Shown here one piece after another: positions 18,733-26,689 of a stretch of 64,000 nt of DNA. The notes beneath the pieces were generated by a model that did no database searches, was not told the DNA's origin, and saw only the letters and a program-made list of their open reading frames with translations. The translations under genes were made by a program, and so were the position numbers. Source of the stretch: an uncultured Lachnospiraceae bacterium (GTDB lineage Bacteria > Bacillota > Clostridia > Lachnospirales > Lachnospiraceae); assembly GCA_964407765.1 (NCBI GenBank), contig CAYOWU010000004.1:28727-92726 (forward strand), written 5' to 3'. Within the stretch, counting starts at the first letter, position 1, and each line of letters starts with the position of its first letter.

Positions 18733-18792
18733 ATTTTATTATGGCGAACTTTTTTTGCAAAGCAGCTATAAATTCATGTTTTCAGATTGTTT
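18733..18792 (-). promoter_or_regulatory. Duplicated 60-bp promoter segment, copy 2 (upstream of the 834-aa gene, overlapping the MATE stop codon)
   Basis: Direct repeat of 16076-16135; TTGCAA-16 bp-TAAAAT on the minus strand. Confidence 0.75.
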
Positions 18793-20136
18793 ATGGTATG
18801 TCAGCCTTTGAAGCTTCTTCCAATACCAATATCCCGCCGCTGCGCCCAAAGCCGTCCATTTCACGGCAATGGAGGCGCACAGCGCGTCGTACCCGAAGCG
18901 GGGCAGCGCAAGCAGGGCGAAGGCGATGGTGACGCCCATTTCCAGAAGCCCCAGATACATCAGTTTGTCGTAGCTGCCCATGGCCTGGAGGGAGTTTCGG
19001 CAGATCATGGCGGCGCCCAGGCCGAAGAAGGCCGGTATGCAGATAAGAAGCCACCGGGCGCCCGCCTGGATGACGGCAGTGTTCGCGCCGGGGCCGGCGA
19101 GAAGGCGCAGGGCGGCCGGCCCGGTCAGAAGGCTTATGGCCAGGATGATTCCGGAGGCGGCCGTGTGGCCGAGCAGGATTTTTCGGTTGTAGCGGCGGAT
19201 GTTTTCGTATTTTTTCCGGCCCATGTTCTGACCGGCGGCTACGCTGGCGGTCTGGGCCAAGGCGGATAGGGGAACCAGGTAGAAGTTGCTGAGGGTATCC
19301 GCCAGGGAGTATCCCGCCAGCATGGACGGGGCCAGGGCGTTTTTCGCCCTCTGCATGACGAATCCTCCCACGCCCACCAGTATCATCATGCCGGATTTGG
19401 AAAATCCGTTGGCCAGCATTTCTTTCCAGATTTTCGGCGTAATGTGCGTCAGCGGGCAGAGGGCTATTTTTCCGGGATGCTTTTTGCGGGCGTAGGCCAG
19501 CAGCGCTGCGCCTAAAAGGAGGTTGCAAAAAAGCGTCGATAAAGGCGGGCCGGCGATTCCCAGACGGAAGGCTTTTACAAAAAGGAGTAGCAGTATGGTC
19601 TGGATGATTACGCCGGCGGCGGAGGCGATCCCCGGGATTTTCGAGTTTCCTGTTCCCTGCAGAATGCTGACGGTCAGATTTTTGAATCCCAGAAATCCGG
19701 TTCCCCAAAGGAGCGCCTGCAGATAGACGCGGCAGTCCGCCCACAATTGGGGGGAAATATGGGTCAGGCTCATCAGGGGCTCTGCGGCCATGGCCAGGAG
19801 CGCGGACAGAAGGGTCAGCGCGCCGTTTAGGGAAAAGGCGGCGGTGAAGCTTTCCCGGTACAGCTCTTCGTCTCCCTCGCCGAAGCGGCGGCTTAGATAA
19901 ATGCCAAATCCGGTCGTCATTCCGTTGGCGATATAGCTCTGCATAGCGATAAACGCGCCGCAGGCGCCCAGCACGGCGATGGCCGACAGGCTTAAAGCGC
20001 GGCTTAAGATGGCGGCGTGGAGCAGGCCGTATGCCTGCTGGAACAGGCCGGACGCGGCGGCCGGAAAGGCGAATCTTAGAATCGTGCGGTTTTGGTTCGT
20101 TTCATCGAAGATTAGGACATCTTTTGTTTTTTCCAT
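18766..20136 (-). CDS. MATE family efflux transporter
   Basis: 456 aa, about 12 TM segments; ILRFAFPAAASGLFQQAY, LQGTGNSKIP and AAGQNMGRKKYENI MATE-like motifs. Confidence 0.85.
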   Translation of the reverse strand: MEKTKDVLIFDETNQNRTILRFAFPAAASGLFQQAYGLLHAAILSRALSLSAIAVLGACGAFIAMQSYIANGMTTGFGIYLSRRFGEGDEELYRESFTAAFSLNGALTLLSALLAMAAEPLMSLTHISPQLWADCRVYLQALLWGTGFLGFKNLTVSILQGTGNSKIPGIASAAGVIIQTILLLLFVKAFRLGIAGPPLSTLFCNLLLGAALLAYARKKHPGKIALCPLTHITPKIWKEMLANGFSKSGMMILVGVGGFVMQRAKNALAPSMLAGYSLADTLSNFYLVPLSALAQTASVAAGQNMGRKKYENIRRYNRKILLGHTAASGIILAISLLTGPAALRLLAGPGANTAVIQAGARWLLICIPAFFGLGAAMICRNSLQAMGSYDKLMYLGLLEMGVTIAFALLALPRFGYDALCASIAVKWTALGAAAGYWYWKKLQRLTYHKQSENMNL

Positions 20137-22148
20137 TCTTTTTCAATCTCCGTGCGTTCCAGGCTCCCTTCCACCAGGAACTGTTCCGCCAGCTTTTTTG
20201 CCTTTTCGATGTAGGCGCGGGCTTTTTTAGCGTCGTTTAAATGTTTCCACAGGATGGCGGCGTCGTGGTAAATGAATGCCCGGGTGGTTCCGCCTCCGCT
20301 CAGAAGCTGGGATAGTTTCTGCGCTTTTTCGCACCAGAGAAGGGCTTTTGTATATTTTTCCTGCCGCATGCACAGGCGGGTGTGTTCAATGTAGGCGTTG
20401 GTCAAAAAGCCGCCCAGGCTTTTTAATTTTGCCTTGGAAGTGATGCCTGAAAGATATAGTTTTTCCGCCCGCAGCAGGCATTCTTCCGCCTGGGCGAAGT
20501 CCCCCTTTACGGCGAAATACCGGTTGCGCTTCATCTGGTACAGCGCTTCCAAAGCCAGTTCCTTGCGGGGCCAGTCCCGGTAAGCCAGCCAGGCTTTCTC
20601 AAACCAGGGGGAGGCCTTTTGGCTTTCGCGCTGGTTGTGGTAGACCGACGCGGCCAGGTGGGCGGCCCGGGCGGTGTGGGGATGGGGGCAGCCAAAAGCG
20701 TCTTTGCAGAAATAATAAAGCTTTTGGGTGTAGTTCAGGGCATAATCCCACTGGCCCAGCTGCCATAGAAGATCCGCCAGCGTAAATACCGTGTCCATGT
20801 TCCGGACGTCGGTCAGGGGCAGCGTGTCCAGAATCTGCAGGATATAGGAGCTGAAGCCGGTTTTCTGTTTTATAGGCATATTCCAGAATCCAGAAAGTTC
20901 CTCTGCAAAACGGGATGTGAATGCATGGACGCCGGCCCAGCCGGGGTTTAATGTTTCCAGGACTTCCCGGCGGATCAGCGGGTGCAGGGCGATCTGTTCC
21001 TGGTTCGCATGGTATTCCATCAGCCCGCGTTTTCGCAGCATCTCTATGTGGGAGGCGGCAATGTTTCCGGAAAGCCGCAGAAACCAGTCCAGCTTCATCC
21101 CTGCCGTCGGCAGCAGCGCCGCGTTTTTCAGCGCCTGTCGTTCCTTTTGCGGAAGCTTTGGCAGGTCGAAAACAGATTGGGAGAAGACGGCGGCTTCTTT
21201 TGGCCTTATCCTTTCCAGGGCGCAGCGTCTTGCCGCAAGCTGGATGTGCAGCGTATGGCCGTGAAACCGATCTATGAGTTTTTTTACATCCTCCTCATCT
21301 TCTTTTGGTATGGGGCCATAGTGCAGGGCAAAAAGGCGCAGCAGGTCGGCCTGTTTTTCCAGCGCCGAGATTTGGATTCCCGTGTGTCCGAAAATGGCGG
21401 GGTCCGTCCGGGTGGTGAACAGAAGGTGGCAGGGCAGCGCCAGCACAAGTTCGATAAAATCATCCTCTACCACATCCAGGTTGTCGATGATGAGAAGGGT
21501 GCGCGCGTCGGTGATCTGCTCCAGTATTTTCAGTTTGCGCCGGGCGTACCAGCCCAGCTCGCCCCGTTTCCCGGAAGGGATGTAGGCCATGTTTTCCACG
21601 GGAATGCGCTCGTCGTCTGAAAAAAGCCTCCGCAGGTTATTTTCACAGGGGGCGTAGACAACGGTTTCGTATTGAGCGGCGTATGTAAGGGCATAGGCCT
21701 GGGCTGCGGCGCTTTTTCCGATGCCGCCTATCCCGTACAGGAATGCATAGCCCTGGGACAGCAGCATGGCGCGGATCTGGGAGAGTTCCCGCTTTCGCCC
21801 GATGAAATCCAGACCAGTGGTGGGGACGGCCCGGCTTAGAAGGCGGTAGCTCTCTTTCAGAGGATTTTTTTCCTTTTGAAAATGTCCGGCCAGGGACAAA
21901 AGCCGCCGCCAGAGCGCTTCGTCTTCCTGCCGGTATCGGGGCGTGCGGGCGAAAACCAGAAAGAGAAGCTCGTTCCACTGATCGGCGGCGCTTTCGGAAA
22001 CGTCCATGTTTTTTTCCTCTCCGGGCAAAATCAGCCAGTGGACGCAGGCGGGGCCGCCCAGGGATTCAAAGGCTTCCCGGATGCTTTTGCCCGAATCCCG
22101 AAGGGCAAGCCACTTTTCGATTCGTTCCTGATAAATTTTTCTGCCCAT
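20112..22148 (-). CDS. STAND-class (NB-ARC-like) NTPase with C-terminal TPRs and an unrecognised ~110-aa N-terminal domain
   Basis: FIGRKREL pre-P-loop, GIGGIGKS Walker A, LLIIDNLD Walker B, FTTR sensor, LHPLIR (MHD-like) motif, TPR-like helical repeats. Start chosen at ATG 22148, just after the upstream stop. Confidence 0.8.
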   Translation of the reverse strand: MGRKIYQERIEKWLALRDSGKSIREAFESLGGPACVHWLILPGEEKNMDVSESAADQWNELLFLVFARTPRYRQEDEALWRRLLSLAGHFQKEKNPLKESYRLLSRAVPTTGLDFIGRKRELSQIRAMLLSQGYAFLYGIGGIGKSAAAQAYALTYAAQYETVVYAPCENNLRRLFSDDERIPVENMAYIPSGKRGELGWYARRKLKILEQITDARTLLIIDNLDVVEDDFIELVLALPCHLLFTTRTDPAIFGHTGIQISALEKQADLLRLFALHYGPIPKEDEEDVKKLIDRFHGHTLHIQLAARRCALERIRPKEAAVFSQSVFDLPKLPQKERQALKNAALLPTAGMKLDWFLRLSGNIAASHIEMLRKRGLMEYHANQEQIALHPLIRREVLETLNPGWAGVHAFTSRFAEELSGFWNMPIKQKTGFSSYILQILDTLPLTDVRNMDTVFTLADLLWQLGQWDYALNYTQKLYYFCKDAFGCPHPHTARAAHLAASVYHNQRESQKASPWFEKAWLAYRDWPRKELALEALYQMKRNRYFAVKGDFAQAEECLLRAEKLYLSGITSKAKLKSLGGFLTNAYIEHTRLCMRQEKYTKALLWCEKAQKLSQLLSGGGTTRAFIYHDAAILWKHLNDAKKARAYIEKAKKLAEQFLVEGSLERTEIEKEWKKQKMS

Positions 22149-22153
22149 ATTTT

Positions 22154-23092
22154 TTACTCGGTGATATCGTTGCCGATGGAGCGGAACTTCATAAACCTCA
22201 GCTTTTTCAGCAACTGCTCGCCGGCCGCGTTGCCTGCGTCCTGTTCGGCCCGCAGACGCTTTTTCACCGTGTGGTCGTACTGGCGCAGAATTCCCTGCAT
22301 ACATTCTTTATCTGCAATCATTCCCCTGTGGGGCGCCTGCTGGAAAAGGTCCAGCGCTTCGCTGATGGCGTAGTCCACGCAGGAAAAGGAATCCTGTCCC
22401 AGCAGCAGGGGGGCGTATCCGAATCGAACCATCCATTGATTTAAAGTGTCCCTGTCCAAATCCGGCAAAAGCACAAGAATCAGCAGCCGCAATAAGTTTT
22501 CCCTGGAAATCACGGTATCGGGCATCAGGTATTTCTTAAATTCGCTGGCGAAGTTCCGGCTGTACAGATGTTCCTTGTAGCAGTGTTCCCGGATGGACTC
22601 TTCTATGTCCAGGCAGTCCAGCGCGTCAGAAAAAAAGATATGCCGCAGGTGCCGGCGCTGCGTGCCGGGGCGGATATGGAGTTTTTCCAGCCGGTCGCGG
22701 GGAATCCGGCAAAGGTATTGTTGGAACAGGTATTCCATGGCATCCTTCTTGTCATTGACCGGAGACAGGCGCTGGCTGTGCAGATCTTCTGTCAGAAAAC
22801 GATCCATCTCATGATCAGATAATTCCAGGGCCTGGCCTAGGCGGATGCTTTCCTCCCGGTTCCGTGGCGTGTGCTGCTTTAGCCGCCAGAAGCGGACTTT
22901 TTGCAGCTCATGGGGGCGGGGTTTTTTGGCGTACATACGAAAAAAGATTTCCTGATCCAGTTCCTGCAGGGAATCTATGTGGTGACGTTTTTGATAATTT
23001 TCAAACCAGACGGAACTCTGCCGCGCCTTTTGCTTGGCCATTTTCAGGCATTTTTCAATGCACGCGTGGATTTGCGCCTTATATGTATTCAT
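22154..23092 (-). CDS. Hypothetical protein with two degenerate XRE/HTH-like helical motifs
   Basis: ~313-aa ORF with GAGG RBS; PRNREESIRLGQALELSDHEMDRFL and ISRENLLRLLILVL...LNQWMVRFGYAPL repeats; 5 bp from the STAND gene. Confidence 0.65.
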   Translation of the reverse strand: MNTYKAQIHACIEKCLKMAKQKARQSSVWFENYQKRHHIDSLQELDQEIFFRMYAKKPRPHELQKVRFWRLKQHTPRNREESIRLGQALELSDHEMDRFLTEDLHSQRLSPVNDKKDAMEYLFQQYLCRIPRDRLEKLHIRPGTQRRHLRHIFFSDALDCLDIEESIREHCYKEHLYSRNFASEFKKYLMPDTVISRENLLRLLILVLLPDLDRDTLNQWMVRFGYAPLLLGQDSFSCVDYAISEALDLFQQAPHRGMIADKECMQGILRQYDHTVKKRLRAEQDAGNAAGEQLLKKLRFMKFRSIGNDITE

Positions 23093-23129
23093 GCATAGTT
23101 TCCTCAAAATTTTCTCTCTTTGAATTTTC

Positions 23130-23271
23130 GTAACTATTCAGTAGGTGTTGTCCTACGAGGCGTTTTGCCACAAAATGTGGCAAAATCCCGAGATATACGG
23201 CAAAAATCCCATTGCCGAAGGCGATTTCCAATGGATTTTTGCTCGTAACTGTGAAGGCGCTGAACAGTTAC
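23130..23271. mobile_element. 142-bp MITE-like element, diverged member of the GTAAC family
   Basis: TIRs GTAACTATTCAG / CTGAACAGTTAC; perfect 8-bp flanking direct repeat GAATTTTC (23122-23129 and 23272-23279). Confidence 0.8.
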
Positions 23272-23550
23272 GAATTTTCTTAAATTGTAACACAGGGAAC
23301 TATTTCTGGAAAAGCATCTTAAAATTCACTTTTTCGTCATATTTATACAAAGAGAGGGCATATAGCGTCTTACAGAGGGCATAATTCCCTGCGCCCGCCG
23401 CTTTGTGTCACAAAATGTGTCTCTGAAAAATATGATAAAAAAGGCAAAAGGCGAAGATTTAGGACGCATGATCAAAAAAATTTTTATCTTATGAAAATAT
23501 ATTGTCTATAAAGCTTGCCACATGTTGTAATTTCTGCTTTCGACAAGAAA

Positions 23551-23595
23551 AAAGACGGGACTGCCTGAATCCTGGATTTGGACAGTCTCGTCTTT
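23551..23595 (-). terminator. Terminator downstream of the XRE regulator gene
   Basis: AAAGACGGGACTG / CAGTCTCGTCTTT stem; the A-run gives a T-tract on the minus strand. Confidence 0.7.
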
Positions 23596-23602
23596 ATTCT
23601 TT

Positions 23603-25063
23603 TTATTCTTCCAGCATTTTTGTTAAAATCCCTTCCGCCTCCTCTTTGGTATAAAACATATTGTCCGCCAGGGAATCCAGATAATCGTGGAAGGCGTGCA
23701 AAAGACCGGGTTCGTTTAAATCCAGGCAGACTGGTTTTCCGTCGGCGGCGATGAACATCAGATAGCCCCGGCGGGGAGTCACATAAACATTCAGCGCACT
23801 GGCGGCGATGGGCGACTGGGGCTTTAAGATTCGGTATCCCTGGGTGTGGCAGGCGTGGATTAGGTTCTGAACCATAAGCGTCCGGTCGCTGTAATCCAGG
23901 GGGCGGTAGATGGAAGGCGGGAGCTCGGATATGCGCCCGTTTTCGAGAAAATACCGCACGCCGCTTTCGGTGAAAATAAACTGGATCGTCCGGGATTGGC
24001 TGGCGGCCGCGTGTTTGCTGATATACTGCTTCACCCTGGCCAGGAAATGCTCCTGCCTTGCGGTGGTTTCGATCAGGTATTTTTCGGGGAAGGACAAGGG
24101 CATCAGCGGAATCAGGCAGGGTTCCCGCTGAAAGGAATAGCCCAGCAGCTTGTCTGTATCCATATCGCCGAAAATCTCCATGTTGCTGAAAAATTCAAAC
24201 TGCGCAAAAAAGGATTCCTGTTTGCGCACCACTAGAGAAGCGCGTGATTTCAGCTCTTCAAAGATATCCTGCAGCTTCAAAAGAATATCCGGCTGGCTGA
24301 ATAAAAAACCATTCTGCAGCTGCGGGGAGAAGACAAACGCGTACTTGGATGTGAGAACCATGGAAGAAAACAGGTTAAAAATATTGTCGTGGGACAGCAC
24401 ATTGTCATAATAGCAATAAGGCGTGTAGCTGCATACACAGTTGTAGTACATGGGAATAATTTTCTGCAGGCAGGTTAAGTTATAATCATATTTATCCGGA
24501 AGAATTTTGTCGCTGTTGGTCATGCAGAATATATGTTCAATCTGCAGGGATTCCCGCGTTTTCCCGATATAGGCCAGCAGATCCATAAAGTTTTCTGTGT
24601 CCGGTTGGAAAAAGAGCCGGATATGGCCGTTATCATTTCTGGTTTCTGCGGCGAGAATATGATAGATCACGTGTTTTTGCTTGGATTTTCCGGATATGAG
24701 GAGTCCATTGGTCTGGCCGGGATAGTTAACGTTAACATTCATATCATAGGGCGGCAGATCCTCCAGATGCTCCGGCCTGTGGGAGAAATACGCGATGAAC
24801 TCCTGCACGTGCTTTCTTCGATAGTAGACATCGTATCCGGTGATCGTGACCTGGTAAGCCTCCAGCAGGTCGTATCGTTCCAGGGGTGTGAGCCTTAAGA
24901 AATCGGCGATGCTCTGGACCATTTGGACGGAAGACGGGTTGCGTTTTCCGTTGAGGATTTTGTACATATTGGATCGATCCATGCCGCAGTACTGCGCAAG
25001 GGAAAAGGTTTTAATATTTTTTGCCTTCACGTGTGCGGAAAGCAAATCTGAAAATGGGGTCAT
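23603..25063 (-). CDS. XRE-family helix-turn-helix transcriptional regulator with a large uncharacterised C-terminal region
   Basis: N-terminal SLAQYCGMDRSNMYKILNGKRNPS Cro/C1-type HTH; 486 aa. Confidence 0.8.
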   Translation of the reverse strand: MTPFSDLLSAHVKAKNIKTFSLAQYCGMDRSNMYKILNGKRNPSSVQMVQSIADFLRLTPLERYDLLEAYQVTITGYDVYYRRKHVQEFIAYFSHRPEHLEDLPPYDMNVNVNYPGQTNGLLISGKSKQKHVIYHILAAETRNDNGHIRLFFQPDTENFMDLLAYIGKTRESLQIEHIFCMTNSDKILPDKYDYNLTCLQKIIPMYYNCVCSYTPYCYYDNVLSHDNIFNLFSSMVLTSKYAFVFSPQLQNGFLFSQPDILLKLQDIFEELKSRASLVVRKQESFFAQFEFFSNMEIFGDMDTDKLLGYSFQREPCLIPLMPLSFPEKYLIETTARQEHFLARVKQYISKHAAASQSRTIQFIFTESGVRYFLENGRISELPPSIYRPLDYSDRTLMVQNLIHACHTQGYRILKPQSPIAASALNVYVTPRRGYLMFIAADGKPVCLDLNEPGLLHAFHDYLDSLADNMFYTKEEAEGILTKMLEE

Positions 25064-25107
25064 TTTTGGGGTACGCTCCTTCGCTTTTCTTGCCTTGTTG
25101 CATTTTC

Positions 25108-25136
25108 ATTATAATAGAAAATGAATTTTTATGCAA
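25108..25136 (-). promoter_or_regulatory. SigA-type promoter of the XRE gene, overlapped by a palindrome
   Basis: Minus strand TTGCAT-17 bp-TATAAT; CATTTTC-N9-GAAAATG palindrome at 25101-25123. Confidence 0.7.
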
Positions 25137-25143
25137 GGGCGGC

Positions 25144-25171
25144 ACATGCTTTCCGGGTTCTGCATATGATA
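25144..25171 (+). promoter_or_regulatory. SigK-type promoter of dpaAB
   Basis: ACA-16 bp-CATATGATA matches the SigK consensus (AC...CATAnnnTA); spoVF is SigK-controlled in Bacillus subtilis. Confidence 0.7.
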
Positions 25172-25200
25172 AATAAACTTTCCTTTTAGGAGTTTTGAAA

Positions 25201-26070
25201 ATGAAATCCCCAGATTATAGTTATGATTATGCAGTTATCGGCGGTGACTTGCGCCAGACGTATCTGACGGAAATGTTTGCCCGTGGCGGCGGCCGCGTCT
25301 GCCATTTTGCCCTCTGTGAAAAACCGAAAGAGGGGCGGGCGGCGGATTCCCTTTCGGAGTTATGCGGCGCGGCCCCCTGCGTGGTCGGTCCGATTCCTTT
25401 CAGTAAGAACGGGGATGTTTTGAATCAGTCTGCGCAGGCGCAGGCTTTGCCCATAGATCAGATTTTGTTTCACATGCATGATGGCCAGACGCTGGCCGCC
25501 GGATGCATATCGGAAGATTTTCGGCGTAAAGCCGTTCAAAAAGGGGTGCGGGTCTTTGACTTGATGAAAGATCCGCAGCTTTCTGTTTTCAACACTATGG
25601 CCACGGCGGAAGGCGCCATTTGCGAGGCCATCAAGAGGAGTCCGTTCAATCTGCGCCACAGTTTCTGCGCGGTCCTGGGTTACGGCAAGTGCGGAAGCAC
25701 AATTACTTCCTATTTAAAAGGGATGAATTGCCATGTTTACGCCGCTGCAAATCCGCTGGAAGAACGCGCAAGGGCGGCGCTTGTGGCCGATGAGGCCGGG
25801 AGCCTGAAGCAGTTCGCCTCTTTCGCCGGCAAATTTGACTTTGTGTTCAATACCGTTCCGGCCCCGGTGATGGGCCAGGAGATTCTTGAGAAAATAAAAC
25901 CGTCCGCGGTCATTGTGGATATCGCCTCCGCGCCCGGCGGCGTGGATTATGAAGCGGCCGAAAAACGGGGGCTTTGTGCGGTTCTGTGCCCGGGCCTTCC
26001 CGGAAAGTATGCGCCCGCTTCGTCGGCGGAGGCCATGAAAAAAGTTATTGAGAGATTTTTGAAGGAGTGA
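25201..26070 (+). CDS. spoVFA: Dipicolinate synthase subunit A
   Basis: AVIGGDLRQ, FNTMATAEGAI, VLGYGKCG and DIASAPGGVDY...PGLPGKYAP motifs. Confidence 0.93.
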   Translation: MKSPDYSYDYAVIGGDLRQTYLTEMFARGGGRVCHFALCEKPKEGRAADSLSELCGAAPCVVGPIPFSKNGDVLNQSAQAQALPIDQILFHMHDGQTLAAGCISEDFRRKAVQKGVRVFDLMKDPQLSVFNTMATAEGAICEAIKRSPFNLRHSFCAVLGYGKCGSTITSYLKGMNCHVYAAANPLEERARAALVADEAGSLKQFASFAGKFDFVFNTVPAPVMGQEILEKIKPSAVIVDIASAPGGVDYEAAEKRGLCAVLCPGLPGKYAPASSAEAMKKVIERFLKE

Positions 26071-26076
26071 TGGAAA

Positions 26077-26655
26077 ATGACGTTAAAGGGAAAACATATA
26101 GGCATAGCGTTTACAGGTTCTTTTTGCACCTATGAGAAAGCGTTTAAGGAGCTGGAAAAGCTGGTGGCAGAAGGGGCCGTCGTGCAGACGATTTTTTCGG
26201 ACGCTTCCCAGACGCTGGACAGCCGTTTTGGAAAAGCAAAAGACTTTGTTGAAAAAGCGCAGGAGATGACCGGCCAAAAGCCCATGCTGACTATACCCGA
26301 GGCGGAGCCCATCGGTCCGGGAAGTCTTCTGGATATTCTGGTGCTGTTCCCCTGCACGGGCAATACCATCGCCAAGCTGGCCAACGGCATCACCGACACG
26401 CCGGCGCTGATGGCGGCCAAGGCGCATCTTCGCAATAATAAGCCGCTGTTGATTTCCATTTCCACCAACGACGCTCTGGGCATGAACATGAAAAACATCG
26501 GCCTGCTTTTAAATGCCAAGAACATTTATTTCATTCCCTTTGGCCAGGATAATCCCGAGAAAAAGCCCAACTCCATGATCGCCCACACGGAACTTCTGAT
26601 TCCGGCCCTGGAGGCGGCGCTGGAGGGCAGGCAGTACCAGCCCATTATCGGATAG
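26077..26655 (+). CDS. spoVFB: Dipicolinate synthase subunit B
   Basis: GIAFTGSFCT, PCTGNTIAKLANGITDT and YFIPFGQDNPEKKPNSM motifs. Confidence 0.97.
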   Translation: MTLKGKHIGIAFTGSFCTYEKAFKELEKLVAEGAVVQTIFSDASQTLDSRFGKAKDFVEKAQEMTGQKPMLTIPEAEPIGPGSLLDILVLFPCTGNTIAKLANGITDTPALMAAKAHLRNNKPLLISISTNDALGMNMKNIGLLLNAKNIYFIPFGQDNPEKKPNSMIAHTELLIPALEAALEGRQYQPIIG

Positions 26656-26689
26656 AACTTAAGACATTGCATGAAAAGGAGAAGAAAAA

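Noticed and set aside
23409-23419. CACAAAATGTG repeated 240 bp from 23169 as an operator pair
   Set aside because: The first copy is part of the MITE hairpin; an 11-bp match in AT-rich DNA is insufficient.
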